Shown one piece after another: positions 1 through 9,665 of a stretch of 64,000 nt of DNA. Position numbers and translations under genes: made by a program. The DNA is from Deltaproteobacteria bacterium (GTDB taxonomy: Bacteria; Myxococcota_A; Polyangia; Fen-1088): contig JANRKS010000032.1 in assembly GCA_033763315.1 (NCBI GenBank), positions 384,001-448,000 on the forward strand. The letters are read 5' to 3'. The notes beneath the pieces were generated by a model that did no database searches, was not told the origin of the DNA, and saw nothing but the letters and a program-made list of their open reading frames with translations. Within the stretch, counting starts at the first letter, position 1, and each line of letters opens with the position of its first letter.

Positions 1-2
1 GG

Positions 3-233
3 CTGCTCGCGGGACGCAGCACGGTTGTGGTCTATGGTGAAACAACCGACGAAGCTTTGGCGGTGGCCGATGGGCTTGTTCGCCGCAACAGCAACAAGGG
101 ATTGCGCGTGGCCGTTCTGGTCGGCGGGTTTCCGGCCTGGCAGTTGGCTGGCTTTGCGTGTGCATCGGGCCCCTGTCCTGAATGCGCCGAAGACGCCTTG
201 ATCTGGCCCGGACCGGCAGGAGATCACAAATGA
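3..233 (+). CDS. Rhodanese-like domain protein, C-terminal part (5' truncated by window edge)
   Basis: Frame is open from base 3 (LLAGRSTVVVY...); VAVLVGGFPAW matches the rhodanese LxGGxxAW motif; stop overlaps the next ATG (ATGA). Confidence 0.7.
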   Translation: MLAGRSTVVVYGETTDEALAVADGLVRRNSNKGLRVAVLVGGFPAWQLAGFACASGPCPECAEDALIWPGPAGDHK

Positions 234-676
234 AGTGGCTTTTGTTGTTGCTTCGCTTGGTGCTGGGAGGGCTGTTCATTCTTGCCGGGGTGCTGAAGCT
301 GCACGATCCAAGCAAGTTCGCGCTTGAGATTTCGAACTATCAGTTGATCAGCACGGGCACAACGGCAATGGCCGCGCTGCTGCCTGCGATCGAGATTGTG
401 TCGGGCGCGGCGTTGATCGTGCTGCCACAAGCGTGGCGACGCGCGGCTGCGTTGCTGATCTTGCTGATGGTGATGATGTTTTCCGTGGCCGTCAGCAGCG
501 CTTACTTTCGCGGCATCAACATTGATTGTGGCTGCTTCGGTGGCGCGGCCTCTCCCATCACGTGGCTCACGTTGGTGCGCAACGCGGGGTTGCTTTTGGT
601 CAGCTTATTCTGTGTGGTGTTCGATCGACCCGCACCGCGGCCTTTCACCGCTTCGCCTTCACCGTTTCGCGCATGA
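230..676 (+). CDS. MauE/DoxX-family membrane protein
   Basis: LRLVLGGLFILAGVLKL and GINIDCGCFG motifs, four hydrophobic segments; ATG 230 preceded by AGGAG. Confidence 0.88.
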   Translation: MKWLLLLLRLVLGGLFILAGVLKLHDPSKFALEISNYQLISTGTTAMAALLPAIEIVSGAALIVLPQAWRRAAALLILLMVMMFSVAVSSAYFRGINIDCGCFGGAASPITWLTLVRNAGLLLVSLFCVVFDRPAPRPFTASPSPFRA

Positions 677-1473
677 AGCCGATAGGAGAGCTGCCGGCCG
701 TCGTGGCGCAATCCCTTGTGGGTGTCGCCTTCGATGTTGATGATACGATCACGCACGAAGGGCGCCTTGAGCTGCCCGCGTACGAGGCGATGTGGAAACT
801 GCGTGCGGCGGGCCTGCGCTTGATGGCCGTCACGGGGCGCCCCTTGGGCTGGGCCGACGTGTTGGCCAGGCAATGGCCGATCGATGTGGCCATCGGCGAA
901 AACGGTGCCGGCTGGATCCACCGGGAGGCGGCGCGGTTCCACGAAGGGTATTTCGCCTCGCAGGCCGAGCGGGACGCCAACCAAGAGCGCCTGTCCGCTT
1001 TGTTGGTTGAAGTGAAGCGGAAGTTGCCCCACATCGTGTTGGCGCAAGATCAGCGGGCGCGTCGTTGCGACATGGCGTTTGACATCGGCGAGAGTGAACA
1101 GGTGCCGCCGGAGGACGTCGCCAAGCTGTGCCGCTTGATCGAAAGCGCGGGGGCCCTTGCGGCGGTGTCGAGCGTGCATGCGCACGCCGTGTTTGGCGAT
1201 TGGAATAAGGCGCGTGGCATCGTGCGCGCGGCACAGGCGGTGTGGGGTGATGATGTTGAGGCCTTTCCTGCACGCTGGTTGTTCATTGGCGACAGCGGCA
1301 ACGATGCGCCTGCGTTCTCGTTTTTTCCTGTGACGGCAGGCGTGGCCAATGTGGTTGAACATTTGCAGCGTTTGCCGAAGGCCCCCGCCTATGTGGCCAC
1401 GCTGCCGCGTGGCCGCGGTTTCGCCGAGATCGCCTCGCACATCTTGCGCTTGCGGCAGGAGCCTCTCGCGTGA
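673..1473 (+). CDS. HAD-superfamily hydrolase, subfamily IIB
   Basis: FDVDDT motif I, VTGR motif II, IGENG, NK, FIGDSGND motif IV; ATGA overlap at 673. Confidence 0.88.
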   Translation: MKPIGELPAVVAQSLVGVAFDVDDTITHEGRLELPAYEAMWKLRAAGLRLMAVTGRPLGWADVLARQWPIDVAIGENGAGWIHREAARFHEGYFASQAERDANQERLSALLVEVKRKLPHIVLAQDQRARRCDMAFDIGESEQVPPEDVAKLCRLIESAGALAAVSSVHAHAVFGDWNKARGIVRAAQAVWGDDVEAFPARWLFIGDSGNDAPAFSFFPVTAGVANVVEHLQRLPKAPAYVATLPRGRGFAEIASHILRLRQEPLA

Positions 1474-2435
1474 CCTTGTTCCGTCCCGCATTCGGTTTGG
1501 CGAACGCGCACGCCCAAACGATCTGGCCGTCCAAGTTTCGCCGCGTAAAGCACCTTCCCGTGGTCCAGGCGGCGTGGCCACGTCCACAGGGTGGCGTGGT
1601 GGATATGGTATTGCGGCCTTATAAAACCAGCTGCCCCGGCGTGTTGCTGTTGCACGGGCTTGAAGGTTCGGCGCGATCGAATTACCTGCGCGGCATGATG
1701 AGCGCGGTGGATCAGGCGGGCTATAACGTGGCCGCGCTCGAGTTTCATTCGTGTGGCCCTTCGCCCCCTTCGTCACCGCAGCTTTATCATTCAGGGCGCA
1801 CAGATGAGATAGCGTTTGCGATCTCCCAGTTGCGCACGCTGTGGAAAGGCGCGCCGCTGGCGGCCTGCGGTTTCTCGCTGGGTGGCAACGCGCTGTTGAA
1901 ATATCTCGGCGAAACGGGGGACGATGCGCCGTTGGTGGCGGCCGTGGCGATATCAGTGCCATTTGATTTGGCGGCATGCGCACGCAGTTTGGATGGCCCC
2001 GGTTTTTTCGCCAAAACTTACCGAAACTACTTTCTTAAATCGCTGCGGCGCAAAGCCATCGAGGTGGCACAACGCTTTTCCGTGCCGTTCTCCGAGGAAC
2101 AAGTCAACGCGTGCCGCACGCTGCGGGCGTTTGACGATCTGGTTACGGCGCCTTTGTTTGGCTTTGCGAGCGCAGAGGATTATTGGGCGCGCAATTCATC
2201 GGCCGGCTTTTTGGCGGGCATTCGTCGCCCCGCGCTCCTGCTTTCTGCGGCGGACGATCCGTTTATCCCGAAAAGCGCAATCCCTCGCGACGTCATTGCC
2301 GCCAACCCGCGTTTGCAGCTTCTGCTTTCACACCAGGGCGGCCATGCCGGGTTCTTGCACGGGCCCCCGTGGCGTTTGCGCTATTGGTCCGAATCCGCCG
2401 CGCTAACGTTTTTGCAGCAAAAGCTAGGCGTCTGA
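1470..2435 (+). CDS. YheT-family alpha/beta hydrolase
   Basis: NAHAQT, LLHGLEG, GFSLGG nucleophile elbow, DDPF, GGHAGF. Confidence 0.9.
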   Translation: MTLFRPAFGLANAHAQTIWPSKFRRVKHLPVVQAAWPRPQGGVVDMVLRPYKTSCPGVLLLHGLEGSARSNYLRGMMSAVDQAGYNVAALEFHSCGPSPPSSPQLYHSGRTDEIAFAISQLRTLWKGAPLAACGFSLGGNALLKYLGETGDDAPLVAAVAISVPFDLAACARSLDGPGFFAKTYRNYFLKSLRRKAIEVAQRFSVPFSEEQVNACRTLRAFDDLVTAPLFGFASAEDYWARNSSAGFLAGIRRPALLLSAADDPFIPKSAIPRDVIAANPRLQLLLSHQGGHAGFLHGPPWRLRYWSESAALTFLQQKLGV

Positions 2436-3587
2436 CGCAAGACGGGCCGCGCTGGCGGCCACGTCGTTAAGCTGTTCTTCGTTGAGGTGAATGTGCGGCG
2501 CCATTCGCAACCATCCCAGCCGTTCGGCCGCCACAATGCCCGCTTCGCCTAACCGCGTGACGAGGCGACTCATGTCCTTGCCCGGCATACGCGCGGCCAC
2601 GATGGCGCTCTTCCCGCCACCAAACTGATCGCGCGCCAACTCGAACCCATGCGCGCGCAAACCATCTGCCAAGTGTGTGGCGAGCGCATGCACGCGGTCT
2701 TGCACCGCTGCAAATCCCAACGACGACAAATAGTGCAAGCTGGCTTCAAAATGCGTCCAATCTGTGAAGCTGGGCGTGGAAACAACATAACGAGCCACGC
2801 TTGGTTTAACTTCATCCCGGTAGGGAAAATACACGTGATCGTTGATCACCGAACCCGTGCCCTTGAACGGGAATTCCAACAGGTCCAAAAGATCCCGGCG
2901 CATGTAAAGCGCGCCCAGGCCGATGGGGCCCATCAGCCACTTCCAGGCCGAAAACGCCATCGCCGCGATGTTGCACGCCACAACATCGATGTTCACGTGC
3001 CCCACGCCCTGCGCACCATCAACGATGAACAGCACATTGTGTTCGGCGCACAGACGGCCAAGCGCTTCGAGAGGCAAGGGCATGCCCGTGCACCAATGCA
3101 CGGCCGACACAGTGAGCACGCGCGTACGTTCGTTGAACACCTGACGGGCGGACTCAACAACGTCTGCGGGCGTGGGGCCATCTTGCAACGCCACAAGCTT
3201 CACACCCTGGGCCAGCAACTGCTGCCAGGGATAAACGTTGCTGGGGTATTCGTTGCGCATGAGCACAACTTCATCGCCTGCCTGCAGCGACAAGCCCAAA
3301 CTGATGAACGTCATGCCTTCGGTGGTGTGGTGAATGGGCGCCACGTCTTCGAGGGGCGCGTTGATGAGCGGCGCCAGTTGGCCTGCGATCGAGGCCATCA
3401 AGTCTTCCTCAGAACGCGTGCCAAAGATGACCTTGCGTGCGTAGCCTTCCAGGTGCGCCTTCACCGCATTCATCACGGGCGTTGGCATGGGCGCGATCCC
3501 ACAACTGTTGAGCCACGTGACCTCATTGTTCACGCGAAAGTCCTGAGCCACAGCAAGCCAGTTGGGCGTTAAACGCGCGGAGGGCAT
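2424..3587 (-). CDS. Aminotransferase class V (cysteine desulfurase/IPN epimerase-like) PLP enzyme
   Basis: EYPSNVYPW, VDGAQGVG, SAWKWLMGP (PLP lysine), LRMAPH. Confidence 0.9.
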   Translation of the reverse strand: MPSARLTPNWLAVAQDFRVNNEVTWLNSCGIAPMPTPVMNAVKAHLEGYARKVIFGTRSEEDLMASIAGQLAPLINAPLEDVAPIHHTTEGMTFISLGLSLQAGDEVVLMRNEYPSNVYPWQQLLAQGVKLVALQDGPTPADVVESARQVFNERTRVLTVSAVHWCTGMPLPLEALGRLCAEHNVLFIVDGAQGVGHVNIDVVACNIAAMAFSAWKWLMGPIGLGALYMRRDLLDLLEFPFKGTGSVINDHVYFPYRDEVKPSVARYVVSTPSFTDWTHFEASLHYLSSLGFAAVQDRVHALATHLADGLRAHGFELARDQFGGGKSAIVAARMPGKDMSRLVTRLGEAGIVAAERLGWLRMAPHIHLNEEQLNDVAASAARLASDA

Positions 3588-3630
3588 CCGGCGACCTTAC
3601 TGCGCCGCTTGGCAGGCGCGCAACCCTGCG

Positions 3631-4761
3631 CTATTCGGCCGCGAGCAAACGGTTGACGGCGGCGGCCGAAAGCCCACGAAACCGCTTTCGTTTGGCCGTT
3701 TGCACCTGCACGGCACCAAAACGTGCGGGAAGGGCGCCGTCACGAATGCCCCGCTCAAGGTGCGAAAGCGCTGGCGGCGACAACGTGGCGAGCGTGCCTG
3801 AAAGAATCACATTCGCCAGGCCAAATAGGTTCAACGCGGCCGCGATGGCTTGTGCGGTGGCGGTGAGCGTGTCCAGCAACCAAGGGGCCGGGGAGGGGGA
3901 GGACAGCGCCTGCGCCACGCTCTTCGATTCCACACGTGCGGCGCTCCACGACGCATGCAACCCGCCATCACCCAACAACGTTTCCAGGCAACCGCGTGCG
4001 CCGCAGCCACACAAGCGGGTGTGGCCCACAACCGGCGAATGGCCAAGCTCGCCCACAACCGCAGAGGCACCGGCAAACAAACGCCCTTGCATCACAACCG
4101 CGGCGCCCACGCCTTCGCCGCTGTCGACCAGCAAGAAGTCGCGCTCGTTGGGGGCGTCCCGCATGTGGCCCAGCGCCAGCGCGCGGATCTCTTGCACCAC
4201 GCACACTGGTTTGCCGAAGATCTCGCGGCACTCAGCGAGCCAATCGATGCCTTTGGCCCATGGCAAGTTCGGTGAGAACAAACAGCGGCCCTGGTCCTCG
4301 TCCACAACGCCGGGCAAGCTTACAACGCCGCCCCACAAACCTTTCGGTGCGTGGCCATGCACCAAGACGCGCAGCCTTTGCAACCATGTATCTGCCGCCT
4401 TGGGCGTGGCGAATCGTTCGTGCGGTGTCTCGTCGTTGGTGCCGGCCACGGGCGCCCATTGCACATCGGTGTGGTTGACGCCCACCCGCACCAGCGCAAA
4501 CCGCGGCGTATTTGTTTGCAACCGCAGCGGTTGCCCCGGTCGCCCCAACCGCGTTTGCGTCGCAGGATCTTCGGTGACTTCCACGGCCACGTTTTCAATC
4601 ACGCGGGCGCGCAGCAGTTCATCCAAAATCTTTCCCGCCGTGGGACGGCTCATACCCGTGCGGTCCGCAAGTTCCGCCCGTGTGGCCACTTCATCGCGCA
4701 GCAGGCGTTCAAGCAGCAACCGCTGGTTCATCACACGCAGGCTGCTGGGAATGCCTTTCAT
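3631..4761 (-). CDS. ROK-family transcriptional regulator
   Basis: N-terminal HTH (TRAELADRTGMSRPT); GELGH and CGCGARGCLE ROK motifs. Confidence 0.9.
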   Translation of the reverse strand: MKGIPSSLRVMNQRLLLERLLRDEVATRAELADRTGMSRPTAGKILDELLRARVIENVAVEVTEDPATQTRLGRPGQPLRLQTNTPRFALVRVGVNHTDVQWAPVAGTNDETPHERFATPKAADTWLQRLRVLVHGHAPKGLWGGVVSLPGVVDEDQGRCLFSPNLPWAKGIDWLAECREIFGKPVCVVQEIRALALGHMRDAPNERDFLLVDSGEGVGAAVVMQGRLFAGASAVVGELGHSPVVGHTRLCGCGARGCLETLLGDGGLHASWSAARVESKSVAQALSSPSPAPWLLDTLTATAQAIAAALNLFGLANVILSGTLATLSPPALSHLERGIRDGALPARFGAVQVQTAKRKRFRGLSAAAVNRLLAAE

Positions 4762-4770
4762 GGGGTTCCT

Positions 4771-6945
4771 TTAGATACCCAAAGCGCTGCCGCGTGCCAA
4801 GGCGGAGGCTGCATGTTGCACAAAATCGATGCGAACCTCGGATTCCACAACCGATCGCCGAATGCCACCCCACGCGGCGGCCGGCGTGAGTGCGAGATAA
4901 TCATTGCCGGGGCGGATTTGGTCCTGCGCCAAGGCACGCAACGCCCGCTCTACTTGCGTTTGCAGCGCGTGTACATCGCGCTGGTGGCGTTTGGCTAGCG
5001 CCAGCACAGCTGTGAGTGCTTCGGCGAACCCTGCGGCCGCGGGCGCTTGCGGAATGAGAACGTGCGAGAAGCCATAGTGGCCTGTAAATGCGCCGGCGCG
5101 TTCATCGGGAGAAAACTGCAAACGCCCTATGAAGTCAGCGTAGCCAAGGCAAAAGTCGACCCACCGTGGTTTGACCACGTCGTCGGGCAACGCTTCGGCC
5201 GCCATGCATGTCCAGCTGTCGATGCCATAGCTGAAGCGACCTAGAAAATCTGCGTATTTTTCGCCCGTGAGAAAGTCGAGAGCGCGCACGGCGGCGGTTT
5301 GCAGCGTTGGATCTTGCAGCGTTCGTGCGGCTGAGGCCAACGCCATGGCGGCTTCCTCCGTGGCGAACATCTGGGCGGGTGCCTTCGTGACGCGTCGACC
5401 GGCCTGCACATCAAACACCGCGGCCAAGTCGCCGTTGGATTTTTGTTGGTGAAGTAAAAATGCGGCCAGGTCAGCGGCTTGCTTTGCCCACGTGGTGTCG
5501 CCAGAGGCACGCTGATAAGTGACAAGCGCGAGCAGTGCCAAAGCATTGGGCCCCACGCGCGCCACGGCGCCTTCGCGCAAACACAGGTGGCCATCACACG
5601 CGGGCTCCATGTGGTTTAGCAACCATTGCAACGCACGCTGGCTGCCGGCAAGAAACCCATGCCCCGGAGCCAAGGGTTCAAGCATCGCCAACGCATAGGC
5701 TGTGCCTGCGTGGCGTGCTTCGTTGTATCCCTGCGCAGGCGTTGTGTTCGTCCACGGCCGATACACGTAAGCGAATGTTCCGTCAGGCGCTTGCGCCCGC
5801 ACGATGAATTGGCCGGCAGCCACGGCGGCCGCGTGCGTGTTGGCTGGGACTTGCACCACCCCTCGTTCGACTGAGCAAACATGCGCGGGTGGCTCTTCGC
5901 ACTCGATGAAACCTTGCACGGCGAAGCGCTCCACCGTGCCAGCGGCAGGATGCTTGAGTTGTTGTGCAAGCCACGGCGTGGGCACGCCCAAGCGCAGCTC
6001 ATTGAGGAATGGCAACAACGGCGATTCACCATAGACGTCGGCCGCGATCACATCGTCTGGAAGCACAACCGTGTTTGCATCTGCACCCTTCACACGCAAC
6101 CCATCGCGCCCCGGATCAAAGGCCATGGCTTGCAGCGCTTCTGGCCACGCCAACACAGGCGCCGCAGGGCCGACGACGTCGAGCTTAAGTTGAGCGGCCG
6201 CGTTGGTATCCGGCAGACGCGAGGCCGCTTGCACGGCCGCTGCACGCAACGAATCGCCTTGACCGTGCGCGCGCGCCTGCAAACGCCCATTGGCGAAAGC
6301 CGACAGATAAACTTCATGCGCATCTCCTGAGCCCGATGGCGCTGCACACGGCTTTTGGATCAAGCACTGCCGCGCGCCTTTGAGCGCTTGCGCCACAACG
6401 TCGCGTGGCAAAGGCGACGGGGCCGCCAAGGCAAACCGCGTGTGAATGCCGGCCGTGCCGACCAGCGGCAACAACACGAACGTGGCCAGCACACCACGAA
6501 TGCCTCTGCGCCACAGCTGGCTGATGCCGCCCTGAGGGGCAAGCAAGGCTTTGAGCCGCAGCGCTGGATAAAGCGAAAGCAACTGAAACGCGGTTGCGGC
6601 GATGAGCAACGCCACCAACGACGCGCCCTTGCCGAACGAGCCATAAACGGATCGAAGATAAGCCCATGACAACAACAGCCCGGCCACCGCGATGACACCA
6701 AATGCGATGCCCACCAACGCGGTCACGACGGCGACTTTTCTCGCCCACGGGCGCTGTCGCCACAGGCTTGGCGCCGTGACCACATGCGCCCCCAGGTACA
6801 AAAGCAGCGCCGCATTGGCTGCGGGCCATTTCCACGGCACAAATGCCAGCAACACCATCGCTGCAACGCCTCCGTACAAAGCGTCGAGCGCCGCCCAAAA
6901 GCGAAACGTGGATGAATAACTATGAGGGGCGGCGGGCTCAATCAT
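4771..6945 (-). CDS. Membrane-anchored protein of unknown function: N-terminal TM helices, AMMECR1-like middle, alpha-helical barrel C-terminus
   Basis: About 5 hydrophobic segments; FDPGRDGL; FAYVY..YNEARHAGTAYAL; EVRIDFVQHA. Start ATG 6945 chosen because the longer ORF overlaps the next gene. Confidence 0.6.
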   Translation of the reverse strand: MIEPAAPHSYSSTFRFWAALDALYGGVAAMVLLAFVPWKWPAANAALLLYLGAHVVTAPSLWRQRPWARKVAVVTALVGIAFGVIAVAGLLLSWAYLRSVYGSFGKGASLVALLIAATAFQLLSLYPALRLKALLAPQGGISQLWRRGIRGVLATFVLLPLVGTAGIHTRFALAAPSPLPRDVVAQALKGARQCLIQKPCAAPSGSGDAHEVYLSAFANGRLQARAHGQGDSLRAAAVQAASRLPDTNAAAQLKLDVVGPAAPVLAWPEALQAMAFDPGRDGLRVKGADANTVVLPDDVIAADVYGESPLLPFLNELRLGVPTPWLAQQLKHPAAGTVERFAVQGFIECEEPPAHVCSVERGVVQVPANTHAAAVAAGQFIVRAQAPDGTFAYVYRPWTNTTPAQGYNEARHAGTAYALAMLEPLAPGHGFLAGSQRALQWLLNHMEPACDGHLCLREGAVARVGPNALALLALVTYQRASGDTTWAKQAADLAAFLLHQQKSNGDLAAVFDVQAGRRVTKAPAQMFATEEAAMALASAARTLQDPTLQTAAVRALDFLTGEKYADFLGRFSYGIDSWTCMAAEALPDDVVKPRWVDFCLGYADFIGRLQFSPDERAGAFTGHYGFSHVLIPQAPAAAGFAEALTAVLALAKRHQRDVHALQTQVERALRALAQDQIRPGNDYLALTPAAAWGGIRRSVVESEVRIDFVQHAASALARGSALGI

Positions 6946-6988
6946 GCGCAGGGCGCATGATAGGACGAATTTCCTTAGCGGGGGAAGG

Positions 6989-9652
6989 CTAACGCATTTG
7001 CTTCCGGCGGCGCAGGCGCATGAGCGCCAACCCGAGCAACGCCAGGGTTGGCAACCAGCTGTGTGCACGCCCTTGCCCCACGTGGCAGCTGCAGCCCTCG
7101 CCAGAACCTTGTGTGACGGCGGGAGCGGCGCCGCCGTCCATTTGCGTTTCGAATGCGGGTGGGCACGTTGTGCCTGGGGCGCTGACGCACGCGTCGCACG
7201 CGTTCACGAGGCCGTCACCATCGGGATCTTGGCAAGCGTCGCCAATGCCATCGTGATCGCCATCGGCTTGGTCTGGGTTGTAGTGTTTGGGACAGTTGTC
7301 ATACAACGCGATTTGCCCATCAGGCTTGCTTTGCCCGCCGCAGTCGGCGTCGTCGTCAGCCACTTCATTGGGCTCAAAGTGCGTGAAGCGTAGAAAATCG
7401 ATCCGAAGGCAGCCTGAATCTTTGAGGTTGTTAGGATCGCAATTGGTGAGCGGCTCGCTTGAGGGGCGGAAGCTGAATTGTGTGTGAACCTTGTTTGTGA
7501 AAGCATCGATTTTCGCGAGGTTCGTGGCGTAAGTGTGGAACTCACCGTCAGCAATCAGGAAGGTGCTGGGGTCGGTGGGAATGCGCACAGTGACGTCACC
7601 GATCTGCGCCGTGGCGAACGCATTCTTGGGTCCGTCCTTGGGCAACGAGAGGCGCGCCAAGAAGCTGTTGATGCCGCCTTCAACATTGGCCTGCCCGTCG
7701 ATCCACAACGGCGGTTGGTTGTTGTGGCTGGCAAAAGTCAGCGTTCCCGCGGCGCCGGGCGTGCGCACGTTCATGAAGCTCAAAATCTTGTCAGTGTTGT
7801 CATCCGGTTGTGGACCTGACACCACGAACTGCAAACCACCGGTCGGCACGAATGAACGTTTGTCGTCCATCTCCTGCATGAACTCCCAGTAAGGCGTCTC
7901 GTCGATGTTCGAGTCATAACCCGCCACCATCTTGCCGCGGTAACTCGTCAACATGTACCACTGCTGCTGCCAAGCCTTGCGCCACTTCTTCGCAAGCGCG
8001 ATGTGTTTGGCGTTGATCTCCGCGAGCCAATCGGGGCGCTCGCAGATTTTTCCAATGGCGCACGTGGAGCCGGGCATGTTTTGGCTTTCGTACTCGTGTG
8101 GCTTCGTAACGATCACCCACAGTTGCTTGAAGACGTGTGGCGCGTCTTCGAATGCCGGGACGCGCACGGGCGTGTTGCCCAGCAATTCTGGCAGCGTGAA
8201 GCTCACGCGGCGGCTGTCGGAGAACATGGTTACGGGCTCGGCGCCGATGCCGATTGCGAGCAGCTTGGGCAAGCCCATACGCGGACCGGCTGTGCGGGTG
8301 AACCTATCAAGAGTCGCTATTCGCCCAATCATGTCGCCCGGGCGCGCGGCGAAGGCTTGAATCGTTGGTACGCCATCAAGACGGTTCGACGATGAACTGG
8401 GAACCAGACCCAACAGCCACAGCTCCAGAGGATGGAACATCGAAGTCGCTTTCCCCCCGTGGGGCCAGGAGGACACTCGGTTGGCTGCCGGGCCGAATGC
8501 CTTCGCGGTTCGATTGCCATTTTCCTCCCAATTCACGCCGCCCATCAACGAAGTGTCGAAATCGATGAACGAGTTCCATATGCGGGGTCGAATCCGTTGG
8601 TACATTGCACCTTCGGTGTCGCACGACCTCGTCCTTTGGGCCGAGATCCTTCCCGAGGGCGGCCGAAGCGAGCCAGCTAGAGAAGATTTCACGTCCGGGC
8701 AGACCGACAACGGCCCTGCCATTTTGGGCAATATGCCTTCGCCCTGCTGAAAGCCCGATGTTTGGCTCAAATCAGGCTCGCGGAGAGCCATGCCCGGCCA
8801 GCTAGGTGGCGCCAGCGGCTCGGCGTTCGCAGAGGCTTGTGTACAGAAATTTGCTGGCAACAGAGCAAGCGGGATCGCTGGTTCGTCCCGGTTGTCCTGA
8901 GGGGAGCAAAAACTACGTGCGTCAGCAGACATCGAATACCAGCTGTCATCCTCCATTCCAGCTTCTGCCTTCAGGTATGGTCCAAACATCTGCGCCGACG
9001 CCTGCGCAAAGGCCTGATATGCTGACATGCCATCCGAGCACATTGAGTTTGGCCCGCAGTTCTTGTAGCGTCCGCGTTCAGGATCTGCATTGGCAGTGTC
9101 ACGGGGTGTAGTGTCCCCCATCGTCGTTGTGCTACCACCCACGGTGAATCCCACGAATGGGAAGTTTGGGTTGCGCTGCGTGACCTTCTGACCAATTCCA
9201 GCAATCTCGTTGACGCCCTCGCTTAACGCCGCATCGCCGAGCTTGGCACCGAGGACTGTTCCAGCCTTGGGGGCACGATAAAACATCATTGGGTTTGTGT
9301 CGCCGCCGAAGACGCCGGCCTGAGCTGCATCAACATAGAATAGGCCCATCTGATCCCAGACCGCCATTGCATCGTTCGCTCTGAGGATCTGAACAGCCTT
9401 TGTTGCGACTTTGACCTGGTCGAAAGTGCAGTTCGTTCTGAATATGTTCTGATCGCGCAGGGATCCGTCACGACAACCAGATGTTAAGTCGTCAGTCCCT
9501 TCCAATATAAGGACGCCGTCTTCAACACAGTTGACCTTCTTCGCGGCGTTACATTTCAATGCTTGGTGTATCTCGGCACGCGCGGCGGCCGTCTCCGCCA
9601 AGTACCCACCAACCATCACAAACGTCGTTACCAGAGCAGCTTTTTTCATCAT
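6989..9652 (-). CDS. Large secreted surface protein with thrombospondin type-3-like repeats and MYXO-CTERM sorting signal
   Basis: Signal peptide; DNCPKHYNPDQADGDHDGIGDAC and DPDGDGLVNACDAC; C-terminal GCSCHVG..WLPTLALLGLALMRLRRRK; SD AAGGAG. Confidence 0.85.
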   Translation of the reverse strand: MMKKAALVTTFVMVGGYLAETAAARAEIHQALKCNAAKKVNCVEDGVLILEGTDDLTSGCRDGSLRDQNIFRTNCTFDQVKVATKAVQILRANDAMAVWDQMGLFYVDAAQAGVFGGDTNPMMFYRAPKAGTVLGAKLGDAALSEGVNEIAGIGQKVTQRNPNFPFVGFTVGGSTTTMGDTTPRDTANADPERGRYKNCGPNSMCSDGMSAYQAFAQASAQMFGPYLKAEAGMEDDSWYSMSADARSFCSPQDNRDEPAIPLALLPANFCTQASANAEPLAPPSWPGMALREPDLSQTSGFQQGEGILPKMAGPLSVCPDVKSSLAGSLRPPSGRISAQRTRSCDTEGAMYQRIRPRIWNSFIDFDTSLMGGVNWEENGNRTAKAFGPAANRVSSWPHGGKATSMFHPLELWLLGLVPSSSSNRLDGVPTIQAFAARPGDMIGRIATLDRFTRTAGPRMGLPKLLAIGIGAEPVTMFSDSRRVSFTLPELLGNTPVRVPAFEDAPHVFKQLWVIVTKPHEYESQNMPGSTCAIGKICERPDWLAEINAKHIALAKKWRKAWQQQWYMLTSYRGKMVAGYDSNIDETPYWEFMQEMDDKRSFVPTGGLQFVVSGPQPDDNTDKILSFMNVRTPGAAGTLTFASHNNQPPLWIDGQANVEGGINSFLARLSLPKDGPKNAFATAQIGDVTVRIPTDPSTFLIADGEFHTYATNLAKIDAFTNKVHTQFSFRPSSEPLTNCDPNNLKDSGCLRIDFLRFTHFEPNEVADDDADCGGQSKPDGQIALYDNCPKHYNPDQADGDHDGIGDACQDPDGDGLVNACDACVSAPGTTCPPAFETQMDGGAAPAVTQGSGEGCSCHVGQGRAHSWLPTLALLGLALMRLRRRKQMR

Positions 9653-9665
9653 GTCTCCTTGATGG

